Positions 23,838 through 38,953 of a stretch of DNA of 64,000 nt are shown piece after piece. Position 1 is the first letter of the stretch, and each line of letters opens with the position of its first letter. The stretch is taken from assembly GCF_902652985.1 (NCBI RefSeq), contig NC_047017.1, forward strand, positions 48,980,001 to 49,044,000, read 5' to 3'. A program made the position numbers and the translations under genes. The DNA comes from Pecten maximus. Taxonomy: Eukaryota. The notes beneath the pieces were generated by a model. That model made no database searches. It was not told the DNA's origin and saw nothing but the letters and a program-made list of their open reading frames with translations.

Positions 23838-26800
23838 AAATGACATCGTATATTGTGCAATATATGTTATACAAATGAGCTAATTATGTCCCCTGAAACA
23901 TTCATTTTTCGTATGTTTTTTTTAAATTTACAAACAGCTTAACAAATTACATGTTAACAGCGACTCCCACGGTTTACCATGATACATACTAAACGTTTGC
24001 CATGTTACTTCTATTAAATTGCACCATAGTAGGAATGTCAAGGCTTGTAAAATATCACTGTTCTGACTTTATTTGATGTTTAGATGCCCCTCATTTAATC
24101 ACATCATATTCCAAAGGTATCAGCGATGGTTTATGTTTCATTTGGTTTCAAGAGCAACAGTGATACACATTATAAAAATCACGTTTCCATGTCCAGTTTG
24201 ACATAAGGTTATTGAAGGACACGATCGGTCGATATGTCGTACAACAAGTAGTATACCCTGGTAACACGGTGCTATTGTTTATCCATTCAAGCATTATCAA
24301 ATTAAAAATGGTGAATATGTTTGTCACATATCAATTCATTTCCATAATGAACAGGATTACGAATTGGTATATCAAAAATGTATTACATGTCTTGTAACAT
24401 TAAGTGACTAATATGTAACCCACTAATGCTTCACGTGCTGGCGTATTAACTGCATTCCATTACTCAGTTTGAATTTATCGGTCTAGAAATATTTGAACTT
24501 TCATTATCGTTAGTTTTCTGTAGAGGGAAAAAAAATCATGAAGATGAAAAATTACATTTGAAATCACTCCCATTAATTTTGGTAATCAGTAAAATTATTA
24601 GAAGCGCAGTAAGTATGATTTAATACACAATACTTGTAACCGCCATACCATGCATATGTAGGTTCCTTCACAGCCATAAAGGCACTGACATTAATGTCGT
24701 GATTTGGTCTCAATCGCCGCATTTATGGTACTCAATATCTTACTGCTTACGACAGCATCCACCAATTTTGATGTGTATCATTTTCAAATAGATTATTAAA
24801 TCGTTCATATTGATTTATTAGTTCTTGGAAGAATATATGATATTGAACAGTATGTAATAAAACCCTCAGAATTAGTTCAATTTACTATGCCCTATATATT
24901 ATTGATGGACTATATACTATATACTTAGTTTACCTGACTGTAGTCCGCTGTGTAAGAAATACTCAAGGGACACGAAATCGTGCCGAACTCCTCCCAGCTA
25001 CTGTAGCTTCCACATGTATTAATCATTATTCCCGCCATGTTGATGGTTTAACAGCCTAACTACTTCCGCTCTCTGAGGCTGAATCATCGATTCAGAGATA
25101 ATTAAGATAAATTATGAATTACTATGTTTATTCGCCAATTTCTTTAACTACATTGTATACATTAGTGTTTGTTTGGTGTGGCAGGAAAGATTAGTAAAAT
25201 ATTCATTTATTGTAAATAAAAGCATTGCATTGTGGGCAGCGTGCACTTTGAAGAAGATTCCAATGTCTCATTTTCATCGAATTGTCTAATCGACAGCCGA
25301 AGTTTTTTTTCTAAGCCTGTGGCGTCCTCGTAGAAAATGCTGAGGTAGCTGTCTATCATTGATTACTATACTTGCTGGTGTCAACAAAAAACTATGATAC
25401 GTATACGAGAGTCTATACATTCCCTGCTCACACGCGAATCCGGATCTCACTGCTTTACCAGTTCTAAATTATACTGCTGTACACTGCTTCCTGAGGCGCT
25501 TTAGTATAACTGTTAAAACACTTAAAAACACTTCCGGTGCGTATTGATATGTCTACATATTAGAAAAAATAAAACCGCGCGTTATTAGGCTTCAAACTTT
25601 AAATAATGTCTTGTCCGAAATTTGTTAAACCAGTTTTAATGATATTTACGTTTGATGAGAAACAAGTATCCACGACCCCATTTATAAAGATTTTGCTATA
25701 GATAAGTTTGTTTGATCTCCTTTCGAGATTATTTTTGGTTTAAGTTCCAGTTGTTGCTGATTTTTGGCCCATAACATCTATCTTTTCCACGATTTTTGAA
25801 GTGCATTTGCTCTTTCTCATAGGTATTCAAGGTTTGGCAGCAGTTACATGAAAATAGAAGAGACTATTGAAAATGAGCCATATTTACACTTAAATGCTGC
25901 AACTATAATCCTGCCACAAGGTTAAACGTTAATATGGTACAAAAAAAAACCAATATGTGTGCAATGGTAAATTCATGAGGAAACAATATAATTACTATTT
26001 AGTCCAGTGTTCAATAGATTTACTGACGCAAATCAAATCAAAATATCTCCACACCAATGTGGATTAAGCACTGAGGGGCACCAGCAGCGTCGTCAACATC
26101 ATTGACAAATTCAAGATGTTCCATAACTATTTTATGTTAAAGTCTACAACAAAGGTGATGTAAATATTGGCAAGTGGCGAAGATACTAATTCAAGACATA
26201 ATTTAAAACGAATGCATAGTTTTCTATTATATAAAGTCGATGATGTTATGAACAAATGTAAAATCTAAATCTTGATTTAAATGTCACACTTTTTGGCTCG
26301 AAGATCACGTAACAGGCGAGGTAAAAGTACGTTATCGGTCAGAGGGTGTATAAAAACATAACTGTAAACAAGGCCTAGGAATGACTTGATCGCCTTAAGG
26401 TCCACCCCTATTATCACGGTGTACCATACACAATACGGACAACTCACGTTTTTTTAAGAACAAGTCATTCAAGTGTTAATACAAAGTTATGAAAGGAGAT
26501 AAAAACTGTAATTGGATTAAAGATAATACCACTACAAAGAACACTATACGTGAGAACCGACGGATTAGTAGGTAAAGATGTAGACTATAGGTGGGTTAAT
26601 AGGTGGCGACACTGTACCATTGATTAAAGTCCCTGGTGTATATGGGTAGGTGTGTACCCAGTGGATCACTGAGTACCATATAAACTCTTAACGATTGCTG
26701 CCAGGACATGACACCGGTTCAACTCTGATACATGCCATGGAGTTTATTTGGAAATATTAAAACTATCTTGGATGTTTTAATTGATTAGGTTTGGAACAAT

Positions 26801-26853
26801 AACATCCATGAGGATGGGATCTGATTATTAAGAAACAAGTTTCCAGAAGGACC

Positions 26854-29800
26854 ATGGGATTCGCCAGACATCATCCGTGTCATGTCCAAAACTTCCAACT
26901 CGACCACTCGGATGGAAGGCACTTTGTCACACTCCAGGTATGTACGAAGGGGGAGATATACTGTTCATACTAAATTAAATATTTTATTTTGGACATTTTC
27001 AGCACATGATCTAAGTGTTCTTCTAAAAGGTTTAATGTATATTATGAGTATGTGAGTTAAATTGATGCTCCTTGACTTAAGAAAATTCCTTAACATATTT
27101 TTTTTCATTAAGAAATCATAACAGTATCTAAGGAGAGTTCCTTTTACTACGATTTTCCTTTAACTTCAATATAATTAGTACTGTAACTACCTCTGCTAGC
27201 ACATGTTAAATAGAAATACATTGTGTTACCAATATAATCTTTAGTATGTTTTTGTAATGCTCTGTTGTATTTTAATGGAAATGTTTTAATGTAAAGTATG
27301 GTCATTAACAAAGTGTAGTTACATCAATTCATTAGCTATAGTTTACGATGAAGCATTAATTAATGTACCGCACTCAAAATCTAACGTATTTTAAAACGTC
27401 GTTCAGAATAACAACAAATGGCTGGCAAGCAAAACTACTACTTGTCAATTGCATCTTCGAATTCTAAGGTTATAAAAATAACCATATATAAAAAAAAAAT
27501 GTAAAGAATATTTCATTTCATCAATATTCCAACAAATCCCTAGGAATTTATCTTTCTCGGAATTTATTCAATGGACAATACAAGTATATATCATTCAGTA
27601 GAAAGTGCCCCTTTAATACGATGTATACTATAAACATTGGGTAACAAGTCTCGACCAGAAGGTTAACACAAAACGTAAATAATTACAACAGAACACAATA
27701 GGTTTGATGTATCGCCTGAGGTTAAATGTTTCGGTAGTAATTGCTAATAGTGATGACAAGCGCTCTATATCGTTGTGTGGTACTTATCTAATTAAACTCC
27801 TGATAGTTATATATAATTGGCGGCCAATACAGACGCCGTTGTAAGATTTTAGTTTGATTATATACTTGGTATGGCCACAGGGGTATGTCTAGTCTTATAA
27901 TAAAAATATATATGCAGAGATACCTACATATAAGAGTAAGGAAACCATCGCTAATGAAATTCTGACCTTTTTAGTTTTTTGTTTAGTTTTTTCAGTTGTT
28001 GTTGAAATCCGACTTTAATTGGAACATAACAACTAGGATGAATGTTACATATCTAAAAAGTGAATGAATCGGTAGATTAAAGACTTCTGAAAAGATCGGT
28101 AGTAGAATTATGTAGGTAGGTGGAAGAGATCGGTAGTAGGATTGTGTAGGTAGGTGGAGGATATCGGTAGTAGGATTATGTAGGTAGGTGGAAGATATCG
28201 GTAGTAGGATTGTGTAGGTAGGTGGAAGAGATCTTTAGTAGGATTATGTAGGTAGGTGGAGGAGATCGGTAGTAGGATTGTGTAGGTAGGTGGAAGAGAT
28301 CGGTAGTAGGATTATGTAGGTAGGTGGAAGAGATCGGTAGTAGGATTATGTAGGTAGGTGGAAGAGATCGGTAGTAGGATTATGTAGGTAGGTGGAAGAG
28401 ATCGGCAGTAGAATTATGTAGGTAGGTGGAAGAGATCGGTAGTAGGATTATGTAGGTAGGTGGAAGAGATCGGTAGTAGGATTATGTAGGTAGGTGGACA
28501 TTTTGCCCTGTAAAATAAGTTTGAAAAAACAAATTCACTGGCGATCGATGGTTCCCTTGTCATTATATATATGTATTTCTGTATATTGTATACATAAACG
28601 TTAATCTATATTATAAATAATATATATTGACTAGTTCCTGTGTATTCCTTATATAGAGTAATGCATTGGATCACGTTTTGGTGACTTATATTTTAGTATA
28701 ATTTGACACTAGACTGTATAATTATGCACTAATATATACTAGTACGTGTGTACTGACCTAAATGGACATTAGTAAACTAATAACTATATTGATACTGGTA
28801 TTTCGGTATAAATGAGAGTACCTTAATACTAGGATTACTGACACTAGGATTTTAGTACAGCTTGGTATAGTGTATATAGTTATGTGTATTAGCTTTTTGT
28901 GGCCGCCAAATAGTTATCACTTATTTATATTGTAGATCATAAATGATTGTTATTCCCACATTAACATACGTACTTTATACATGATTTATTACAGGTGCGG
29001 AATTCCTTTACATTACTCTAGTGTTGGTCCATGTACCCCGTGTATTGTCAGTTTAAAAGTAGCAGAATATGTATCATTTTGCTTGATTCAAAAACTTTAA
29101 GACAAATTATGGTTTTCATTCAAAGCCTTGCTTTGTGGAACAATAGAATATGATCCTATATTGTTTACAATTAACCAGAGAGATGTACTGTGGCACAATA
29201 CAGGGCCACAGGTAGTGATGATCGTTTGACACGTGGACCAATAGGAAAGTAGCCTGAATAGTTCCAATGTTATCACAAAGGTAGAAAAACAATGTAAATA
29301 ATTTGAGAACAGGCATTGACAGTTTTATTTTTTTAGATAAATACTACAAAATACAACCGAATAACGCTGAATAGTTTTGTTTCAAATCGATATTGTAACG
29401 GACAATGATAGAAAAGAAAACATGTTTATAATTCATGAACAAGGATTGGCACTTGAGTTTCCATTCAGAACGTACCCTTTGACATATAAAATGGTTGTAA
29501 TGACACAACTGAATAGCGATTTACAAACCAACAACTGAATGACATCTTAAGTACAAAACCTAACAGATCAATGCCATTGTAAAGTTAAGATACTATACAT
29601 GACGAAAACAGTAACTAGCGACCTTTAACGCTGACATTAGTACGGCTAACCTGATTGACAAGCATTCACTTTTCTAACTCATTTCAAAGTGTGCAAATGA
29701 AAAGGAAATTAAAACAATTAAAAATGACAAAACCAGCTTCATAATTTTATTTCGAAATAGTCATGGAAAATTAATAACAAATGCTTTCAGCATTCCATAA

Positions 29801-32800
29801 CCTGACATACATATATGTAATCATCCAAACTTGATTTAAATTGGAATATAAATGTACACATCCTTTGACTGAGAGGTCAATGAGCAAAATGATTGGACAT
29901 TTTATTGTTTGGTGTTGTATTTAAAAGTAATTGACATATATCGCTAACGTTTTCTAGCCTTGACCGCCGCGTGACTTGAAAACATTACCGAACTATAGTC
30001 AGAGTCACCTTACTTAAATTTGTGTTTGTATTCATATTTTATGCATACTACTGAAATCTATCGTGATAGTGGCTTTCTTTGCTTAGTCACTAAGTCGGGA
30101 CATTTAACCTGTGATTGTAATTACTGGCTGTGACCTACCCTACTGACATGGGGGATTCCCTTACCAGGTCCCATTAACCACCTGTATAACAACACCACTC
30201 ATGCGACACAAGGTTATAAAAACTCCCGGGATTAAATTCATCATTGATATGTTTTGGTCACCTAAATAGAACAGGAGCCTTTATATACCTGACCCATTGA
30301 TATTTATTTTATATAAGTCACGCGGGTCGATTTTCTAATATCACGTATAGAACCATCATAAAGACCGACTTGACATATGTATAGGTGTAGTTACTTATCT
30401 CTCATCTTAATCAAACCGTTAATTATACTTATTTACTCACAGATTTAATAATCACGTTTAATAAAATAATATGCACATAAACTAAAGAAACATACATTCA
30501 AACCAAACCTCTCATGTATTTTTTAATTACTAATAACAAGACATAAATATATATATACCTGACACACATCTAGACCACTCCTCTGCGTTGTTCTATTCTT
30601 CCATCGCTAGCTGAACCATTCTTTTTAGGTAATTGTGTTCATCGGGTTGAATACCAAGTATTAACAATTATTTAGCCATGTTCCATTTTCATACATATTT
30701 TGATTTAGCTGTATTAAAACAGTGGCTATGCTGGTCAATGTTTATGCGCAATCTGTTGTATATATATACATATCAACATTTTGCCCGTTCACTAACATTT
30801 TTTTGACATAAATATATAGATAGAATAATACACTAAGAACAGATTGAGCAGTAGATACATGTAGTACTTGTTTTGTAACAAATAAAGGGCATTGTGTAAT
30901 TGTTTCGGTGTCGGTCATGTTATGAGCGAAAAATGTAGAAATGGAGTGGCAAAAACGGAAAAGTAATCCTTACCTGGCATGGACGTCATTCTGGTCACTT
31001 TATCACCTGACTTTTTGTTATAGGGAGGACATTTGTATCCTTACCTGGCATGGACGTCATTCTGGTCACTTTATCACCTGGCCTGGATCATAGTGGAGAT
31101 TTACTGGGCTAGCACAGACGATCAAAACGACGCCCTCTTCTTCATATATCTCACCAACCTTGGCTACATCCTATTGGTCAGTTTCACGTGGCTTGACCTG
31201 GCTGCTGTTATATACTTTATCCTTAAAATAAAGAAAGATGGCGACCAATGCTGTAAGTAATTTTTCAACGTGAATTATCCCAGATATTTTACCCAAAATG
31301 AAATTACCTAGTTAATTGGTTGTGATTTCATTAATTCCAAATGTAAAAGCTGATCATGTTTGTAGTGTATTTTTGGATTGTTTCAATTTCACAAAAAGGA
31401 TGTACGTTTGGGAAATATGATGACACAGACATTCATATTAATGTTGCTTTTGTTTCAATGTTTCTAGGTTTCTACCTTCTACAATATACTAAAATAGCGT
31501 CATCTACGATATACTAAAATAACGTCCTCTACAATATACTAAAATAGCGTCATCTACGATATACTAAAATAACGTCCACTACGATATACTAAAATAACAT
31601 CCTCTACAATATACTAAAATAACGTCCTCTACAATATACTAAAATAACGTCCTCTACGATATACTAAAATAACGTCCTCTACAATACACTAAAATAACGC
31701 TCTCTACAATATACTAAAATAACGTCCTCTACAATATACTAAAATAACGTCCTCTACAATATACTAAAATAACGTCCTCTACAATATACTAAAATAACGT
31801 CCTCTACAATATACTAAATAATGTCCTCTACAATATACTAAAATAGCGTCATCTCCAATATACTAAAATAGCGTCCTCTACAATATACTAAAATAACGCT
31901 CTCTACAATATACTAAAATAACGTCCTCTACGATATACTAAAATAACGCTCTCTACAATATACAAAATTAACGCCCACTACAATATACTAAAATAACGCT
32001 CTCTACAATATACTAAAATAACATCCTCTACAATATACTAAATAATGTTCTCTACAATATACTAAAATAACATCTTCTCCAATATACTTTAATAGCTTCC
32101 TCACCAATATACTAAAATAACGCCCTCTACAATATACTACAATAACATCTTCTCCCAATATACAAAAATAGCTTCCTCTCCAATATACTTAAATAACATC
32201 TCCAATATGCTCCAATAGCGTCTCCAATATACTAAAAATGCATTATCTACAAATATACTAAAATAACGTCCTCTACAATATATCAAAATAACGTTCTCTA
32301 CAATATACTAAAATAATGTCATCTACGATATACTAAAATAACGCTCTCTACAATATACTAAAATAACAACCTCTTACAATATACTTGAGTAGCATCCTCT
32401 TCACTAGGATAAAATGTTTAATTGTTGTTTCTTGTGACATGGTTTTTAACATTAGACGCAGCCAAGAATAACCAGTTTTTTTGTTTTGATAAAATTCAAA
32501 TCAGAAGATATATATATATCACGGAAGGAAAAAAGTAAAATAACATTAGGATATAGTCCATTCTATGTTGACAGGCATGCCACTGCTCTGGAAGGTCAAC
32601 TGGATACTCTACAACATGGCGATGACGATAGCGATCATTGTAGTGGTGGTCTACTGGATCTTATTAGCTTCCTGTAAGTTCCATTCTCTCTTCCAATTTT
32701 ACATATGTTGTGTCACATACGCAATTCATTGAATTTCATAGAACTGCGTTTATAATGTGTAATTTAAAGTGTTAAATACTGGTCTAACCTCTTTTGCACA

Positions 32801-34555
32801 CACCATTTTGAAATACATACTAAAGTACTAAACATGTTATTGGTGTATCAGTTATTGTATACTGCCCCCGTCACTAGAAATACTAACACATGTTATTGGT
32901 GTATCAGTTATTGTATACTGCCCCCTTCACTAGAAGTACTTCACATGTTATTGGTGTATCAGTTATTGTATACTGCCCCCGTCACTAGAAGTACTAAAAC
33001 ATGTTATTGGTGTATCTGTTATTGTATACTGTCCCCGTCACTAGAAGTACTTCACATGTTATTGGTGTATCAGTTATTGTATACTGTCCCCGTCACTAGA
33101 AGTACTAAAACATGTTATTAGTGTATCAGTTATTGTATACCGCCCCCGTCACTAGAAGTATTAAAACATGTTATTGGTGTATCAGTTATTGTATACTGCC
33201 CCCGTCACTAGAAGTACTAAAACATGTTATTGGTGTATCAGTTATTGTATACTGCTACCTTCACTAGAAGTACTAAAACATGTTATTGGTGTATCAGTTA
33301 TTGTATACTGCCCCCGTCACTAGAAGTACTAACACATGTTATTGGTGTATCAGTTATTGTATACTGTCCCCGTCACTAGAAGTATTAAAACATGTTATTG
33401 GTGTATCAGTTATTGTATACTGTCCCCTTCACTAGAAGTATTAAAACATGTTATTGGTGTATCAGTTATTGTATACCGCCTCCGTCACTAGAAGTATTAA
33501 AACATGTTATTGGTGTATCAGTTATTGTATACCGCCCCCTTCACTAGAAGTACTAACACATGCTATTGGTGTATCAGTTATTGTATACTGCCCCGTCACT
33601 AGAAGTGCTAAAACATGTTATTGGTGTATCAGTTATTGTATACTGCACCCTTCACTAGAAGTATTAAAACATGTTATTGGTGTATCAGTTATTGTATACT
33701 GCCCCCGTCACTAGAAGTATTAAAACATGTTATTGGTGTATCAGTTATTGTATACTGCCCCCTTCACTAGAAGTACTAAAACATGTTATTGGTGTATCAG
33801 TTATTGTATACTGCCCCGTCACTAGAAGTGCTAAAACATGTTATTGGTGTATCAGTTATTGTATACTGCCCCCTTCACTAGAAGTACTAAAACATGTTAT
33901 TGGTGTATCAGTTATTGTATACTGCACCCGTCACTAGGAGTATTAAAACATGTTATTGGTGTATCAGTTATTGTATACTGCACCCTTCACTAGAAGTATT
34001 AAATATGTTATTGGTGTACCCTTCTAAATTCATTTATTCTTCGTAATTGAGATTTCCTATTGTCATTAGAACGTAAACTAGCACTGTTTTTATTTCCTTG
34101 TAGCTTTCGGTCCCGGCAGCATCAACAAACATCTTATAAATGGTGTCATAGCATTGTTGTACGTGTCCTTCACCGCCAAGCCGTCCCGCATCCTTCACTT
34201 TTACCAACCTTTAATATTCGGTTTTGTGTACACTGTTTTCTCTGTCATATACTTCGCTGCGGGAGGTGGTAATGTTTACGAAGTGTTGGACTGGAGTAAA
34301 CCAGGATCAGCTCTCGCCCTTACTCTTCCTTTGGTCTTCATAGCTGTGCCCCTCGTCCATCTTGGCATATGTGGCATCTATTATGCACGTTTGGAAATAT
34401 GGCGGAGATGCAGTCATTCAGCGGACGTAAATCCCACTGGAGAATCCGAAACCAACCCCCGAATGGACAGTGAAAATGGAATAGGGAGTACAGGTGGGAA
34501 TAGTAACCAGATATCTACGATATCCAACGAGACCAAGAAATCCGGTGTCATATAA
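26854..34555 (+). CDS. rost: Protein rolling stone-like multi-pass membrane protein (FAR-17a/AIG1-related), 287 aa; exons 26854-26937, 31024-31252, 32575-32673, 34104-34555
   Basis: All introns are GT-AG with compatible phases (0,1,1), giving 864 nt. Translation: MGFARHHPCHVQNFQLDHSDGRHFVTLQ / ..FFIYLTNLGYILL.. / MPLLWKVNWILYNMAMTIAIIVVVVYWILL / SINKHLING..KPSRILHFYQPLIFGFVYTVFSVIYFAAGG..VYEVLDWSKPG, which matches rolling stone family motifs. Confidence 0.85.
28090..28498. repeat. 34-bp minisatellite (gaagagatcggtagtaggattatgtaggtaggtg), about 12 copies, rost intron 1
   Basis: Visible tandem units. Confidence 0.95.
31478..32392. repeat. 24-25-bp minisatellite (ctctacaatatactaaaataacgtc), rost intron 2
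   Basis: Visible tandem units, degenerate toward the 3' end. Confidence 0.95.
32822..34018. repeat. 56-bp minisatellite, about 21 copies, rost intron 3
   Basis: Unit aaacatgttattggtgtatcagttattgtatactgcccccgtcactagaagtacta. Confidence 0.95.
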
Positions 34556-35433
34556 AAATATCATCCCACATAAATTACTAACCCAGGTGAATATTTATGG
34601 GGATGGATTTTTAGGACACCGCCACTGTGTAACCGATGGTTCTTTTGCTTGTAGGGCTAGTGCAAACCTCGTTTTCCAATAAACTACGTAAAAGAAGAAA
34701 GAACTTTGATGATCCTGATTCTCTGATTGCCATATGAATGTTTTGTGTTTTGTAAACGTTGAATTTTAGAATACATATGCCATACCCGTAACCCCCTGTG
34801 TATCGGTACACCATTATTAAACTGTTAAATGGTTCATTGTTCATTACAACTTACCTGATACCTGGCTGTGTATATATTACCTGATGGAGACAATCAACTA
34901 TATAGGTGACGTTAATGAGACAGTGGTGATCGCAACTTCACGGAATACCAGGAAATCACATTGTGTTATTTTATATTGTGATAAACACAACAATCATGCT
35001 CAAAGATGCCAATAGCATTTCTGTGATAGAGTAATGTTACATGTTGATGTTAAATTATTAGTGGATTGTTTTCAACGTATTAATTGTGTCATCAAACTAC
35101 CTCAGTAAGACTTTGATAAGTGTTGCTTAAATGAATCAATGAAGTTGGTCCGTTAAAATCACTTAGGATATCATTGGATATTGTACATGTTGGACTTTCA
35201 ATAAGATGGGATGTCTTATGTTACAATATTGCATAGCTTGTGATTAATGTTGTTAGAGATCACGTTATCAGTATTCAAAATCTTGTGATTCATTTTTCAA
35301 ATTGTTATTAAAATACAAAAAAATAAAAAATATGGTTTGTATTTGAAATTGGTAGCATAAATTTCTATTAGCTTTTAGTTTATACTCAAACCGTTGTGGT
35401 GATTGCTCAATAAAATATATATATATGTATATA

Positions 35434-38400
35434 GTTAGAAGGGTGTGAGACTGTATGGCTATAAGGTTGTATCCTCTGAAGGGTGTGAGACTGTATGGCT
35501 ATAAGGTTGTATCCCCTGAAGGCTGCCGTCTTTTGTATAAAGCTAGAAGGGTGTGAGACTGTATGGCTATAAGGTTGTATCGTATCCCCTGAAGGCTGCC
35601 GTCTATTGTATAAAGCTAGAAGGGTGTGAGACTGTATGGCTATAAGGTTGTATCCCCTGAAAGCTACCGTCTATTGTATAAAGCTAGAAGGGTGTGAGAC
35701 TGTATGGCTATAAGGTTGTATCCCCTGAAGGCTGCCGTCTATTGTATAAAGCTAGAAGGGTGTGAGACTGTATGGCTATAAGGTTGTATCCTCTGAAGGC
35801 TGCCGTCTATTGTATAAAGCTAGAAGGGTGTGAGACTGTATGGCTATAAGGTTGTATCCCCTGAAGGGTGTGAGACTGTATGGCTATAAGGTTTTATCCC
35901 CTGAAAGCTGCCGTCTATTGTATAAAGCTAGAAGGGTGTGAGACTGTATGGCTATAAGGTTGTATCCCCTGAAGGCTGCCGTCTTGTATATAAAGCTAGA
36001 AGGGTGTGAGACTGTATGGCTATAAGGTTTTACCCTCTGAAGGCTGCCGTCTATTGTATAAAGCTAGAAGGGTGTGAGACTGTATGGCTATAAGGTTGTA
36101 TCCCCTGAAGGCTGCCGTCTTGTATATAAAGCTAGAAGGGTGTGAGACTGTATGGCTATAAGGTTGTATCCCCTGAAAGCTGCCGTCTTTTGTATAAAGC
36201 TAGAAGGGTGTGCGACTGTATGGCTATAAGGTTGTATCCCCTGAAGGCTGCCGTCTTGTATATAAAGCTAGAAGGGTGTGAGACTGTATGGCTATAAGGT
36301 TGTATCCCCTGAAAGCTGCCGTCTTTTGTATAAAGCTAGAAGGGTGTGCGACTGTATGGCTATAAGGTTGTATCCCCTGAAGGCTGCCGTCTATTGTATA
36401 AAGCTAGAAGGGTGTGCGACTGTATGGCTATAAGGTTGTATCCCCTGAAGGCTGCCGTCTATTGTATAAAGCTAGAAGGGTGTGAGACTGTATGGCTATA
36501 AGGTTGTATCCCCTGAAAGCTACCGTCTATTGTATAAAGCTAGAAGGGTGTGAGACTGTATGGCTATAAGGTTGTATCCCCTGAAGGCTGCCGTCTATTG
36601 TATAAAGCTAGAAGGGTGTGAGACTGTATGGCTATAAGGTTGTATCCTCTGAAGGCTGCCGTCTATTGTATAAAGCTAGAAGGGTGTGAGACTGTATGGC
36701 TATAAGGTTTTATCCCCTGAAGGCTGCCGTCTATTGTATAAAGCTAGAAGGGTGTGAGACTGTATGGCTATAAGGTTGTATCCCCTGAAGGCTGCCGTCT
36801 ATTGTATAAAGCTAGAAGGGTGTGAGACTGTATGGCTATAAGGTTGTATCCCCTGAAAGCTACCGTCTATTGTATAAAGCTAGAAGGGTGTGAGACTGTA
36901 TGGCTATAAGGTTGTATCCTCTGAAGGCTACCGTCTATTGTATAAAGCTAGAAGGGTGTGAGACTGTATGGCTATAAGGTTGTATCCCCTGAAAGCTACC
37001 GTCTTTTGTATAAAGCTAGAAGGGTGTGAGACTGTATGGCTATAAGGTTTTATCCCCTGAAGGCTGCCGTCTTGTATATAAAGCTAGAAGGGTGTGTGAC
37101 TGTATGGCTATAAGGTTTTATCCCCTGAAGGCTGCCGTCTATTGTATAAAGCTAGAAGGGTGTGAGACTGTATGGCTATAAGGTTGTATCCCCTGAAAGC
37201 TACCGTCTATTGTATAAAGCTAGAAGGGTGTGAGACTGTATGGCTATAAGGTTTTATCCCCTGAAGGCTGCCGTCTATTGTATAAAGCTAGAAGGGTGTG
37301 AGACTGTATGGCTATAAGGTTGTATCCTCTGAAAGCTACCGTCTTGTATATAAAGCTAGAAGGGTGTGAGACTGTATGGCTATAAGGTTGTATCCCCTGA
37401 AGGCTGCCGTCTTTTGTATAAAGCTAGAAGGGTGTGAGACTGTATGGCTATAAGGTTGTATCCCCTGAAGGCTGCCGTCTTGTATATAAAGCTAGAAGGG
37501 TGTGAGACTGTATGGCTATAAGGTTGTATCCCCTGAAGGCTGCCGTCTATTGTATAAAGTTAGAAGGGTGTGAGACTGTATGGCTATAAGGTTTTATCCC
37601 CGGAAGGCTGCCGTCTATTGTATAAAGCTAGAAGGGTGTGTGACTGTATGGCTATAAGGTTGTATCCCCTGAAGGCTGCCGTCTTGTATATAAAGCTAGA
37701 AGGGTGTGTGACTGTATGGCTATAAGGTTGTATCCCCTGAAGGCTGCCGTCTTGTATATAAAGCTAGAAGGGTGTGAGACTGTATGGCTATAAGGTTGTA
37801 TCCCCTGAAGGCTGCCGTCTATTGTATAAAGCTAGAAGGGTGTGAGACTGTATGGCTATAAGGTTGTATCCCCTGAAGGCTGCCGTCTATTGTATAAAGC
37901 TAGAAGGGTGTGAGACTGTATGGCTATAAGGTTGTATCCCCTGAAGGCTGCCGTCTATTGTATAAAGCTAGAAGGGTGTGAGACTGTATGGCTATAAGGT
38001 TGTATCCCCTGAAGGCTGCCGTCTATTGTATAAAGCTAGAAGGGTGTGAGACTGTATGGCTATAAGGTTGTATCCCCTGAAAGCTACCGTCTATTGTATA
38101 AAGCTAGAAGGGTGTGAGACTGTATGGCTATAAGGTTGTATCCTCTGAAGGCTACCGTCTATTGTATAAAGCTAGAAGGGTGTGAGACTGTATGGCTATA
38201 AGGTTGTATCCCCTGAAAGCTACCGTCTTTTGTATAAAGCTAGAAGGGTGTGAGACTGTATGGCTATAAGGTTTTATCCCCTGAAGGCTGCCGTCTTGTA
38301 TATAAAGCTAGAAGGGTGTGTGACTGTATGGCTATAAGGTTTTATCCCCTGAAGGCTGCCGTCTTGTATATAAAGTTAGAAGGGTGTGAGACTGTATGGC

Positions 38401-38953
38401 TATAAGGTTGTATCCCCTGAAGGCTGCCGTCTATTGTATAAAGCTAGAAGGGTGTGAGACTGTATGGCTATAAGGTTGTATCCTCTGAAGGCTGCCGTCT
38501 TGTATATAAAGCTAGAAGGGTGTGAGACTGTATGGCTATAAGGTTGTATCCCCTGAAGGCTACCGTCTATTGTATAAAGCTAGAAGGGTGTGTGACTGTA
38601 TGGCTATAAGGTTTTATCCCCTGAAGGCTACCGTCTATTGTATAAAGCTAGAAGGGTATGAGACTGTATGGCTATAAGGTTTTACCCTCTGAAGGCTGCC
38701 GTCTATTGTATAAAGCTAGAAGGGTGTGAGACTGTATGGCTATAAGGTTTTATCCCCGGAAGGCTGCCGTCTATTGTATAAAGTTAGAAGGGTGTGAGAC
38801 TGTATGGCTATAAGGTTGTATCCCCTGAAGGCTGCCGTCTTTTGTATAAAGCTAGAAGGGTGTGAGACTGTATGGCTATAAGGTTTTATCCCCTGAAGGC
38901 TGCCGTCTATTGTATATAAAGTTAGAAGGGTGTGTGACTGTATGGCTATAAGG
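35434..38953. repeat. 68-bp satellite, about 50 copies
   Basis: Unit gctagaagggtgtgagactgtatggctataaggttgtatcccctgaaggctgccgtctattgtataaa. Confidence 0.97.

Noticed and set aside
32822-38953. Regularly spaced 56- and 68-bp repeats as CRISPR arrays
   Set aside because: There are no unique spacers and no cas genes, and the context is eukaryotic.
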